Positions 1 through 12,288 of a DNA stretch of 64,000 bases are shown here, in pieces. Origin of the DNA: Eledone cirrhosa (taxonomy: Eukaryota); NCBI GenBank assembly GCA_964016885.1, contig OZ024746.1, forward strand, positions 11,284,001 to 11,348,000. Reading direction: 5' to 3'. The position numbers and the translations under genes were made by a program. The notes under the pieces were generated by a model, which had not been told where the DNA came from, searched no databases, and saw only the letters and a program-made list of their open reading frames with translations. Positions within the stretch are counted from its first letter, which is position 1, and each line of letters opens with the position of its first letter.

Positions 1-23
1 CAGATAGGTAAAAGAAATATATT

Positions 24-54
<31 letters not shown>

Positions 55-204
55 AGTAAGATATATCGATTTGATCAAATTGAGCGACAAGATCCGACCG
101 ACCTCATTCACTTACCAAGTGGAGGGGAACTCATCAAATTGGACCAAGGAAACAATGTTTAGAAACATTTCTAATACTATCTACTGGTCACAACTCCTGG
201 TAGA

Positions 205-312
205 AAGAGCAACGTGAAATAAAGCGTCTTACTCAAGGACACAACGCATCACCCAGTCTGGGAATCAAACTTGCAACCTCATGATTGCCAATCCAATTCT
301 CTAACCACTAAG
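205..312 (-). mobile_element. CORE-type tRNA-derived SINE, 5' fragment
   Basis: Reverse complement matches the head and core of the element at 59294-59630 (cttagtggttaga...ttgtgtccttgagtaagacgctttatttcacgttgctc). Confidence 0.7.
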
Positions 313-1259
313 TGGAATTTGGAATGAAAAATAGTTAAACAGGTGTAAATTACACCTAAAATATAATAGAGCAGAAAACTGAACTGTAATATAATGAATG
401 TAATAGTGCACATGAGCCTTTTCTGTAAACATACTGCTGTCATTAGCCCACTAACTATTAAATGGAATGCAAATTTTAAGTATAGCCTCAAACTTTATCA
501 AATGAACATCAAAATCTAAGGTTAAAATACAAACATGAATCCAAGAGAATACTCAATGTAACATAAGAGAAAAAAAAAATGTATAATGCTGCAAATGATT
601 TTGGAATGCATGTTATATAATCAGTTTTTCAATATATCAAAGCACAACTTATCTCAAGTTCAATCCTGAGCACCTGAACAAAATAGAAATCCATATAAAC
701 AAGACTATTGGGAAAGTAAAGTAAAAATAATTTCTGTAAAATGAAAGCCAGTAGTAAAAACAAAATCAAGATGTGACACCTTGAGTTATTACTGACAGTA
801 ACAAAGACAAAACATTGAGCCAGTGTGAATATAAAAATTCACTTACAAACCTTACAACTAATATTACTCTATGAAAAAAAAATTTTTTTCAGAAAATTCT
901 CCATGTTTGTAAATACATCAGTGTAAGGGTTCCTATCAAAACATAAGTGGATGTTTTGATTAGAATGACAAAAAGCAAAAGAATACAAAAAAAGGGACAA
1001 GAATAACAGTAGAAGAAAGCCTCCAAAATGAGCTTTCACCGAGATAGAATTAGAGAAAGGACAGGCACTTGTGATAGGGGAAAATATCCAACAGGATAAA
1101 TACATTTTAAACTTGATATAATTGTTGAAAAACTGTATTCGGAACAAATTCTTCAGTAACTTCAGTTCAGTGCATACCTGTGTGTGTGTATGTGAGCATG
1201 TGTATGTATGTGCATCCATGGTCAAACATCGACGCTGGAATAACATCAGTAAGAATACA

Positions 1260-1892
1260 TCACAGTTTCTCTAAAAGGTCATGCTTTTCTTTTAGATTCA
1301 TTTCTTTGAACTTGCTGGTTTTCTTCTTGGACAAGATCCTTTGCCTCATCTCCTCAACACTTACATTAACAAAGTTTAATGGGTCACTAACATCAACAGG
1401 TTTAGCACTTTGTGGTGGTAATGAAGGTTGTGGTGGTAATGAAGGTGGAGTTTCCAAGCTTTCAAGGGGTACTTTTATCAAATTTAAGTTATGTTTTTCT
1501 GATTCATCTTCAATGCTTGATACTGCTTCTGCTTTGATCGATTCAATATCCGATTTGACAGAATCAGCTTTTTCCAATTCTGCTTGGATGTGGCTCATTT
1601 GGTTGTCCAATTCAGATTTCACTGATTCACTTTTCAAGGAATTTGTTTCTGGTTTGTCAGATTCTGATTTCTCTGATTGTGTTTCTTGTTTGTCAGATTC
1701 TGATTTCTCTGATTGTGTTTCTTGTTTGTCAGATTCTGATTTCTCTGATTCAGTTTTGATAGATTCTGAATCTACCTTGTCCAATGATTCTGTAGTGGAT
1801 AGTACAGGAGCAGGATCTGGAACATCATATAAAGGATTTCCATCTGCTTCAGATGTGGTCACAATTTCTGTATTGTGTTCAATCCCATTCTC
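1260..1892 (-). CDS. NHERF1: NHERF-like gene, last coding exon with C-terminal ERM-binding-type tail
   Basis: ttttatcag|GAG acceptor, phase 0, open to TGA at 1260-1262. The tail SVEEMRQRILSKKK...EMNLKEKHDLLEKL resembles the EBP50 C-terminal ERM-binding motif. Spliced CDS is 421+113+633=1167 nt = 388 aa + stop. Confidence 0.85.
   Translation of the reverse strand, partial: ENGIEHNTEIVTTSEADGNPLYDVPDPAPVLSTTESLDKVDSESIKTESEKSESDKQETQSEKSESDKQETQSEKSESDKPETNSLKSESVKSELDNQMSHIQAELEKADSVKSDIESIKAEAVSSIEDESEKHNLNLIKVPLESLETPPSLPPQPSLPPQSAKPVDVSDPLNFVNVSVEEMRQRILSKKKTSKFKEMNLKEKHDLLEKL
1645..1751 (-). repeat. Coding 36-bp tandem repeat x3 (SEKSESDKQETQ)
   Basis: gtttc(t/g)..tttgtcagattctgatttctctgatt occurs three times, in frame within the last exon. 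Confidence 0.9.
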
Positions 1893-3092
1893 CTGATAAA
1901 ATAAATAATTTTAAAAATTAAAATTCAGTTTAGATTTTGATTCAGCTAAATTAAATTTTAAAAAAACGTGTTCTTAAAAATAATTATTTATAAATAATTA
2001 TTTATCTACATGAAAAACAATATCTGAGACATTAGGAAGGACACCCAACTGAAAAAAAAAAATAAAGCCAGAATTGGATTGTATGAGAAAGAAGAGGTTA
2101 ACTTATGCAAGCATGGAAAATAGATATTTTAACTTTGATGATGAAAATACAGACTTGAACGTTACAGTAAGCTTGTCTATTACATTTACATTTGAAAGAA
2201 AATCTGTTCATACAACTAATCAATCTTTATATTACTAATTTAACATGGAAATGGCTGTAGAATAGACACAAAGCTACAAGTAGGCAGAATTAATAGTGAC
2301 AGAAAAATAATGCCTTCCACTATTTATTTTGGCTCCTTGCATTCTAAATTCAAATCCTTCTGAAGTCAAGTTTGCCTTTCATCCTTTCGAAGTTGATAGA
2401 GTACCAGTCAAAAGGCGGTGAACTAGCAAAACCTATCAGACAAGCTACCTTGGAGTATTTGTTCCTGGTCTTTACATTCCAAGTTCAAATCCAATTCTGA
2501 CCCCCCTTGTGTGCTAGACTTAATCTGTCACCTAGTTAAATATCACCTGATGACCCTTCAGTGCCTTTGGGGTGTGTATGTAGTCCACTTTGTTACAAGC
2601 AGTCGGGTAAGGTTTCCAATTTGAGGCTACCTTCCTCCCACTGAAATGAAAACATTTTAGCCTCTAATTAGAATAGGGATCTAGAATTGGGATCAAATGA
2701 CAAGGTGAAGCCTTAAGCTTGCTAATTACCAGCGAGATAAACAGAAGCAATGTAAGCTAATGCTTTATACATGATACATCAAATTTTCAATTACAATTTA
2801 TCTTAATAGAATACATGATTTCTATAAACTAGAAAACCAATATGTATTGCAGTAGAGAATTTCCTCTGGTGGTGAACGAAACAGTCCACTATAATTGCTA
2901 TAATTCATTTCTAATTTTGGCACAAGAAGTCAAACTGACTGCCCAGTGTTTGACTGGTTCTTTATTTTATGAACCCCAGAAGGATAACAGACTAAGTTGA
3001 CTTTGGCAAGATTTGAACTCTGAACAGAGTCAGAAATAATTCCACAAAGCAATTTTTTCTGATTCTTAACTGAACACTAAAAACTACCTTAA

Positions 3093-3301
3093 CCCTTTAG
3101 CAATAAAACTGGCCATATCTGGCCAGAATTCTCTCACCTCTTTCTGTTCAAACCAGCTGCCCATACTGACGTTAAGGTATTGTTCTCAAAATAAATAACT
3201 TCAAAATCTCAGATTCGATATTATGTGAGATAATTATGTAAGATAAAGCCTTTATATATACTATTGTATTTGTGTGGTAGAGTAATGTAAATGCTAAAGG
3301 G
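3093..3301. mobile_element. piggyBac-like MITE
   Basis: TIRs ccctttagca / tgctaaaggg, flanked by TTAA on both sides (3089-3092, 3302-3305). Confidence 0.75.
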
Positions 3302-3469
3302 TTAATCTTTATTGAAAGATAATTGAATTGTATTTTGCCTCATTTGTAAAATCCTGAAAAGTCGTAACTCACTGCCAGCAATTGAGTGATCAAGCAGCTT
3401 TCTACCACTGCTATCTTAATGGAGCTTTATTTTACACCGACATGAACATCCAAGGCAATAAATTAAAAA

Positions 3470-3645
3470 TATCAGCCACACTGAGTTTTATGGTCTAGCC
3501 TGTGGAGACTTCTGTGTTCTTGGCCCCTGGACAAACGTCCCAACTCACTGATATCAGTGCAAAACTGGCTACCCACAAGTGCAAACACCTCAATGTGGAA
3601 TGGCTGTTCCAGGATACCTCCCTCCTGTCCACTGGGACCAGGAGG
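3470..3645 (+). mobile_element. Degenerate RLE-type (CRE-like) non-LTR retrotransposon fragment
   Basis: Aligns by eye to the reverse complement of 4900-5050 (gagacttctg..cttggccc..ctcac..tggaatggct.ttccag). Confidence 0.6.
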
Positions 3646-3726
3646 GAGTAGTTTGTATTATATGATCTAAGTTTTTATTATTTTCAATTAGATATTTTAA
3701 ACATATATATTTCACTTTCAACTTAC

Positions 3727-3839
3727 AATAAGTTCAGGTGGTGGAGCAGGGAGATCCTCAGATATCCCATTGGTTATTAAAGAGGCTCCAGCAATTTCTT
3801 GGTTGGTGGTCTCACCAGTTTCTTCATTCTGTTGGGTTT
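3727..3839 (-). CDS. NHERF1: NHERF-like gene, coding exon 2 (acidic/Pro linker ETQQNEETGETTNQEIAGASLITNGISEDLPAPPPELI)
   Basis: Polypyrimidine tract plus ttttag acceptor, 113 bp open, gtaagt donor. Enters in phase 1 (matches exon 1) and exits in phase 0 (matches exon 3). Confidence 0.8.
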
Positions 3840-4799
3840 CTAAAAAGGAAAAAGAAAACAAAACAATGAACTCACCACTATTTATTAATTGATTAACACT
3901 ACAATTAAATCAATTTGATTAAAAGTATCCAAATATATGAAGTAAGAAAAAAAAATTTAAAAAATACAAAAATAACGCTTGTAATATCTTTATATCAATA
4001 TTTTGTATTTGAAATCTTGTTCAACTCGTTTCAAGAAAACTGAACAGTACCTAATTCTAACATGTTTAACAAACAAGAACAGTACACTCAGAACCCAGTA
4101 CACTATGTAAAGTGATAGTGCCACTGCTACAAGATACACCCAGTGCACTATAAAGTGGCTAATGCTAGAAATGATGTCCAGTTGTAGAAACCATGCTAAA
4201 TGTATAATGAAGGAGTCAAAACGTGGTTTCTGACCTGTATAATCTCAGACCATAGCCTGACCAACCCATAAAATGAACTGAAATTTGTGTGAAAGTTATT
4301 CCCATTACATCAAAGTTATTTTGTTGTAAGTTGCAAGTAAAGGAGAAACCTGGAAAGCTAAATACATTTCAGACAATATTTAACTTGTTCAAAGAGTTGG
4401 CAACTCAATAAATTTACAGTAATTTGTTACACCTGTTACAAATTGAACTCAAGGAAAATTAAATTTGCATTTCTTTTTTCTAAAAGAAATAACATGCTAA
4501 AAATGTCCAGATAAATGGTCAATTCCATCAATTATACCTACTTGCTCCCACAAATCTTGGTCTTAAGATTTGTAAAAAATAAAATACTAACAAATATTTT
4601 AAAGTGTTATATATTCATAAAAGTGTTTAATCAATTCAATGAAATACAAACAAAATTCATGGTTCCATTTATGTCACGAATGTGTATGTTTGTATATGTA
4701 TGTATATTTGTTGTTGTTCCTATTTGTTGCTGTGCTGATAAGCGTTTTGACATTGATACACTGGTTGGATACCCTTCCTAACATGTATGTGTACATTTT

Positions 4800-5156
4800 T
4801 TTTTTTACATCCATGTGTTTATATGACAAGTCAGTCAATCATATTGGTGGCTTCCCCACAGTCCCGGCGGCCAGAATGGAGAAGGTGTTTCCCTGGAGGA
4901 CAGCAAGGGAGACGTGCTGGAAAAGCCATTCCAACTCGCGAGACTCACACCTGTGGCTGGCCAGCTCAGCGCCTATGGTGGTGAGTAGGGAGGTAGCCCT
5001 AGGGCCAAGGACACCAGAAGTCTCTACTGCCAAGGGTACAACCACAAACTTGTCAGAGAGCGACCGGTATTTGAAGAGTTTGGCCTCCTCAGCCCAACAT
5101 GCAGCAGAACCTAGGTTAGTTGCAGACTGCACCAGGTTGCTATGTTCCAGGTTCAA
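4800..5156 (-). mobile_element. 3' fragment of a CRE-like non-LTR retrotransposon (restriction-like endonuclease C-terminus)
   Basis: AEEAKLFKYRSL..FVVVPLAVETSGVLG..WLFQHVSLAVLQGN fits the AE..K..KY / P.AVET.G / QR.S.A..RGNA pattern of RLE elements. Followed by an A-rich tail on the minus strand. Confidence 0.7.
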
Positions 5157-5257
5157 ATTACATTGGGACTAACTTTGCTTTATATCTTTAAATTTGCTTT
5201 AAATTCATGGATCTGTGACAAAGATATTATTATTCATTATTATTATTCATTATCAAG

Positions 5258-5485
5258 GACAGCAGATTGGCAGTACCAGTGGAGCATTGAACACTACTTT
5301 GCGGCATAAGTGTTATAGCCCTTTACATCATGAGGTCAAATCCCGTCAAGGTTAGCATGACCTTTCATCCTTATGGTGGGGCGGGGTCAATAAAATAGAG
5401 CACCAGTATTGCACTTTGGTCGATTTAATCGACTTTCCCTTCTCTCCAAATTGTTGGCCTTGTGCCTCTAATAGAAATCATTATC
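5258..5485 (+). mobile_element. tRNA-derived SINE family A, diverged copy
   Basis: gattggcagta head, gtcaaatccc B box, cctttcatcctt core, ggccttgtgcc tail. Confidence 0.7.
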
Positions 5486-6871
5486 ATTGTTATTTATAAA
5501 ATCCCAATTGTTAATGCATTGCAAATATTCTAAACTCAAATATTCTAAACTAATCATGTATCTCTAAATTGGTTAGAAATGTAGTAGCTGGTCAAGTTGA
5601 TAGGAGTGCTGGCTTTACTCGTCAAACGTCATTATTGGCCTAATCTTCCGTAACACGTCTATTTGTCCTATGCCCTTTCCAATTTATGATCGATTGGTGA
5701 GCATTGAGAAAATGCCACTAATTATGAAAATTAAAATTAATTCAAATAAATATCTGACTATGCAGAACCATCTTGGGTTACACTAGCACAGAAAAATTTA
5801 TCTAAAATATATATCCTCAGAACTATAACTAAAATTGATATATCGTGTAATTAATGCTGTTGATAATTATAATTACTAATTGAAGAAAAAAAATATGGTC
5901 AATCTAGAAAATATAAAACGCAAAGATTTTTTTATGTAAACAATCTATTTTTAAAATGAACGATAGGTGTGAATTTGTAAGAAGCATCAACGTTTGGCTA
6001 TGAAAATAGTTGGGTATATAAACACTGGAGACAAAACATTTATACAGCACGACCCCATTTTTTAATATTTATTTTCTTCTATTTAGTTGACACTGAAAAT
6101 GTACATGAAATAGGTTATGTGAAAAAAATAGATGTAAACAAATCATTGAATTGCAGCTGAGAGTTAAATAAATAATGAAATGTTAGTGACTCAAGTTGAA
6201 CCAGTTAAATCCTGATAAATGACTTGATAATGGATGTCATCAGTCATGATAGTCTCAATAGAGATGAAAGTAGAATGTGAATTAAAATAAGATTAAGTAA
6301 GCTGTAAAGTCTTAGCAAAGAATATTTAGATAAGAACAGGCAAGATCTGAATCCTGCGTGTTGCTCTGATGTAGCTAGACTAGCAAAAAATATATCCTAG
6401 ATTTGCTTTGTCTTTTGCTAGCTTGAATGTAATTTACCTGAAAATAAACAGCCTATCCTGTCCTGTCTTGCAGGACAGGATAGGCTGTTTTCTCCCTAAC
6501 TGAAAATACATTACACTTTGTAGAGAAAAGATGTCTTCATGTGTTCATAAATGAGAACAAAATAAAAGATACTTCATTATCATCATATAGATGTGTCAGT
6601 GGCTTAGCAAACAACCTTTAGTTGAGAAATAAACATTTTTAGTTCAAATCCAATCTGGTACTATGTACACGTCGAGTAATAAATCATCTAATGATAATTG
6701 GAAATCACTAATCAAAACAGTGTAGATGTAAATATTTTACCTTATTTCTAAGAAAGCAGTTAATAATTTGAAAAATGAATCAACATTGGTCATTAAACAC
6801 TTCTATAAAAAATTTAAAAAAATAAAAAAAAAACAGCAGCTTTGAAAGCCAAATGTTTATTTGCTATCCAA

Positions 6872-6902
<31 letters not shown>

Positions 6903-7078
6903 AAACCCAGATACATTTCTTTAATCTTTAAATATTTAATCAAATTAAAGCTCTATAACTCAATTGTTTTAACACCCATTTTATGCAGCATCATTTCAAG
7001 AACCCTAATTCTATATTTCTTTAAGGTCTAATTGTCTCAGATCTGGCTTAACATCTACTCACAGCAACTTCCCATAAA

Positions 7079-7267
7079 TTAATCTTTTTGATACCAACCC
7101 ACTCCAAATTGCCCAAATTTTATGATACAAAACTGCTCATTTTAAGATGTTCCTCTCTAAAATTAAAGCCTTCCAAATATCAGCTTACTAATGAAAAAGC
7201 TATTTTATTAAATTCCAACTTTTTTTTTATATCTTCAAAATAAATTGAAATATGATAAAAGGGTTAA
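7079..7267. mobile_element. Possible degenerate piggyBac-like MITE
   Basis: ttaatctttttgatacc ... gataaaagggttaa: TTAA ends with imperfect TIRs. Confidence 0.35.
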
Positions 7268-8827
7268 CTGAAGATAGATTTTCCTTTCACTAAGCTTGTC
7301 CAAACCAACATTCTCTAATATCTCAACTACTGCCTTTGGCACCTTCCCACATTTGCACTGGCCCACTTTATAAATTAATTTCGTGCATATAGCATTCATA
7401 TATCATTCATTGCTCAAATTTATCCTTCCGAAATTTCAAAGTTTTTATTATACTTCTAATTTTATTTGTTGGAAAACTCTAGGTTTCAAGATATTTTCAT
7501 CTAATTATGTGATAGCTAGTACAACCTTTCATTCTAATAATTTTCTCAGTAGCAAAAGAGAAAACAATATTGCAAGCCAAAACTTACTAACCTAATTCTC
7601 TAAAAAAAAAAAAAAATTTATGATAAAGATAAGTTAAACAAAAAAAAAAAAAAGAGCATAAGTACATTTTTCAAAATGTGATAAGATTATGAGATAAATT
7701 TAGAAGTAAACAAGTAGAACTGGTTTGAACAAAACAGCTTACAAAACAAAATAGAATGAAATAAAAAGTGTAAAAAGACTTGCAAATTGATTATTGCAGC
7801 TTTAGTTTTTCTCTGTCTGGAATGCATAAATACTATTTCCTTACCATATAATGAAAGACATTACCTATGATTTTCAAATCATTTTTAAAATAATTTGGAG
7901 GGATCTAGTAACAATCATCAGCTGTTTGAAATATAACTAAGATTCTTACATAAAATTAAGACAAGGTTTTTAAATAAATATATAAGCTTCAAATCAAAAG
8001 GTTTTGTATAGTAGAACCAAGAGCAATTGCATGGCATGGAGAGAGATTTAGCTGCTATACCACAAAACTGAAAATCAAAAACCCTTATATTCTTATTTAA
8101 CTGGTGGATGAAGAAATCCTAGACTAGTAATAATGATTATTCAGTTAGAACGTCTGTAGGCCAATCCCTATCAAAAAAAAAAAAAAAAAAAAAAAAAAAT
8201 TTAAATAAAAAAAGTGGGAGGGGGGGCCTGTGAGCAGCAGTTCTTTAGGGAATTATTAGGTAAAATGGTTAGTACAGGGTTTGGAGTGAGAGATGTTAAG
8301 GAAAGGTAGATGCATTAAGTAGGCTAGGGTGAAGATGGAGATTGCTAGCTCAGAATCTGTTGTAATAATAAAAACAATGTAAGCTAGTGGCTTAGTGTGC
8401 AGTTAAGTAACTTAGCTAATCAAATGGGAGATTTTTTTTTTTTTTTTTACAAAACCAAAAGGGAGAATAAAGAGAAGGGCAAAAGAGGGCCAACAGCAGC
8501 CACAGCACAACCAATAAAAGCAACCAGTGGTAGGAATGGTTAGCTATATTAACTTGGAACAAAAATTGCAAATCAGATAATTTCATAAAAATTGGAATTG
8601 TAAATTGCCAAAATTCTAAATGACCATTAACTGTAGATGTGATAGAAGGAACATCTGAAAAATGGCTGCAGATCAAAGTAATTAAAACATTTACAATGAC
8701 AATTATTGAGAATTAATGTCAGTTTAATGTGTCAGCTTTATAAAACTAAAGTTTCTTAAATTCTCCAATTTAATATCCTCATTGGGAGGTAAATAAAATA
8801 TGCAAAGTATTTTGAAGTTTTTTTTCT

Positions 8828-8867
<40 letters not shown>

Positions 8868-11687
8868 TTTTACAATTCTTTCTAATCAAATGAAAGTTGT
8901 ATATAAACCATGGGCAGTGGAAGAGTGGGCAACATACCCGAGTTATGAAAAGGGTGAGGCAATATCTGTTCCACTGACTACTAAAGAAAGGGATATTTCC
9001 TGTCTGGTGATGAGACAATGCTATGAACTCTACAATCAAATACTAAAAGACACCACACTTGATTTGTCTTGTCCTAGTCATCTTCACTAAACTACAGTTT
9101 AGTATGTGATCAAAGATTTGGGTGTAGTTCAACATACCATATATCCTAAATAGTTCATTGTGCACTCCTTTATATTATACCTTGTCTTTGGCACACCATT
9201 AAGTTTTGAGACAACACTACAAGACTGCCGTGAAATACAGGATCATGCAGATTGTTGTTTAACTCTAGGTCAATTCTGAGCAGACACAAGATCAATGGTA
9301 TCCTAGCTACGACTAATTTGTCTTGAGGGTTGTCTAGAGGGAGGGCAATACTATAGAATGAGTTGGGTTTTTTTTCTAAGTACAATTTTGTAATTTGAGA
9401 GATTTAGCTGCTATGTCTAGAAAATTGATTAACCTATAGAGGCTACCTCATTGGTTGGTTTTTAGATTGATCTGCATGTTTGCCCAATTAGTAGATGACC
9501 AGGTGGTAGCCTTGCAGTTTGGTTGTACCTGATAGGAAGAGAAGAGTTTCCAGTAGTCGGTGGAATACTTCATGTCTGCTTTTTGTATGTGAAAGAAGGA
9601 ATATTGTGTGATCCTTTGATGGACCAGAGATATTCAGACATGCTAACATGGTAGGTGGCAGTCCTTTTCACATATTTACACACGTTTGTTGTTTTACTGG
9701 TTGCCTTTCCTATCACCTACCCCTTTATGGCATGCACTGAATATATTTTAAACTAGCAACACTAGAAGGGTTAGCGGTCAAGATTAAAAAGTCTTCCCTT
9801 TTCACTGCCAGTTTTTATTCAGAGTTACAGCTTTCCTACATCTGTCTTTCAATGCTATGTGCTCATAGTGAGGGGTTAGGGTTAAAGGAGAGAACTTACA
9901 ATAAACTGGCAGGTTTGTTTAGCTTGCCATCTTGAATACTCCTGTGGTGGTAGAAATGGGGGAAGAGCTTATGGTAGGCCATAGAAGTGTTCAAAGTATA
10001 TGAATTCCTAGAGGCAGAGGAGGAGCTTGCAGTAAACTGTCAAACTGTCAAATTGGGATAATTGGAATAATGGCAATTGGTTTTTCTTCCATATGATGTG
10101 ACAGGTTTTAACAGGACACAGATACTGCTAAAAGGATATTAAATACATTATAAATTCTAGAAATTTAAAGAATAAACCTATTAATTCATCATGAATATTC
10201 ATTCTGTTGTAAAAACTTAATTCTGTTTTGTTCCACTTAATGTAGCAATGCCATCTTGCTCAAATGAAAAATTCATTATGAAGCAAAAAAAAAATTAAAA
10301 AAAGTAAAGCAAATCTTATCAGATTGGACATTTTTAATTGTCAGATATTAAAAAAAAGAACGTCTTTCTATACATTGTCATTTACAATATATATTTGTTC
10401 CTATTAATGGAAAAGATATGATAGTGGAAATAATTAATCTAAAAAAGAAATTAACAAATGTGAAAGACAGCAGTTTACTACAAGACTAAACAAGTTTAAG
10501 TAGAATATCAGTCTAATAAAGAAACCATGCCATAAAGGCTGGTTAGTTTCTTAGGCATTATCTTTAAGAAGCAGCTACCATAGTAACTGGAGATAAAGAG
10601 GCAAACAAGACCATATTTAAACTGATGAATCAATGCTGTCTAAGTTATGCATCATACTGGAGTCAGTTGTCTAAGAAGCAGACCAAAGAGTATATATACT
10701 AAACTTTAAAATAGAAAGAAAGATTATTTCTTTAACTTTGCTTCAAGAGCATAAATAAATATATTTAAAAAAATAATTCTTAGTAAAAAAAAAATTATTA
10801 AACTATTAAATATGAAACAAATGTAAATCATTAAAATAAGTGGAAGGACAGTTTTTAATTTCTAAGTTCTTTGTGAGCGGCTTAAAATAAAGTACTTTTT
10901 CGACAGTATAGCCACTAATTCCTTGTTATGGCTTATATTTATGGTTACCTGTAGATGAAGAAATTTCATGTAAGAAATTTTTTCTAATGACTACAGATCA
11001 TTAGTAATTATGATCAGCTATCATTATCAGGTGTAATGATAGCTGATCAGCTATCATTACACCTGAGCTTGCAGATACAAGACTTAAAGAGGTGAAATCA
11101 CAGTCAAGAAATTGAGCTAGTTTTAATACCATCACCCTATCTAATGCTAGAAAGGTTTCATATTTTTACTGTTATCTCTTAATATATATAATTACAATTT
11201 ACTTATACAAGAAGACTTAATACTACAAAATAAAAGAAAATATAAAGGGGCAAAACACCAATATTATTTTTAAAAAAGGCACAAAGTTGTCAGAAATGGT
11301 ATTATGCTAATCAATACCTTACAGTTTTGTTCAGCATTCAAATATCACTAAGATATTTTTGCTTATCAATAATTACCAGTGATATGCTGGATTTAACTCG
11401 GTCTATTCCATTTTATATTATTCTAGCAGATTAGATAGTTCATGCTATTTCCATGTAGGAGTATTAGTATTTTAGCTTTAATACAGTTTTTAGTCTGGAA
11501 AAAAAGCTCTTTGGTAACAAGTTTAGACATGCTATAAGTTACCTCAAACCATGCTGAGACTTAAATGAAGGTCATTTGTGTTATTACATCACATTTCTAC
11601 TCTTAGAATGACCTTACTATGTGAACACATGCTTATAGAGATCACTAAACATCAAAACAAATGTATATTTTCCTTTTGTTTATCAAC

Positions 11688-11728
<41 letters not shown>

Positions 11729-11935
11729 GGGGGGTGTAATACAGTAACCCACTTTGTAGCTACCGAACATGTCTAAACTTAGTCAATGAAACTAAGAAAC
11801 TATAATTCAATTATCTTTAAATTGAAATGGAATTGTAGACGAATTTACTGCATAACTAAATTTAAAGTTGAGGTAGTAGCTTCCTTCAGGTATTCCTATA
11901 TTTTAATAGTTTTTTTTTTGGCATTTGAATGGATC

Positions 11936-12288
11936 ATTTGTAAAGGCATGAACATAATTCCCCCTATACTATTTGTAAAGGCATGAACATAATTCCCCCT
12001 ATACTATTTGTAAAGGGATGAACATAATTCTCCCTATACTATTTGGAAAGGCATGAACATAATTCCCCCTATACTATTTGTAAAGGCATGAACATAATTC
12101 CCCCTATACTATTCGTAAAGGCATGAACATAATTCCCCCTATACTATTCGTAAAGGCATGAACATAATTCCCCCTATACTATTCGTAAAGGCATGAACAT
12201 AATTCCCCCTATACTATTCGTAAAGGCATGAACATAATTCCCCCTATACTATTCGTAAAGGCATGAACATAATTCCCCCTATACTATT
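11936..12288. repeat. 35-bp minisatellite x10
   Basis: Unit att(t/c)gtaaaggcatgaacataattccccctatact starts every 35 bp from 11936 to 12251. Confidence 0.95.

Noticed and set aside
1180-1896. 238-aa plus-strand ORF
   Set aside because: Antisense shadow of the NHERF last exon.
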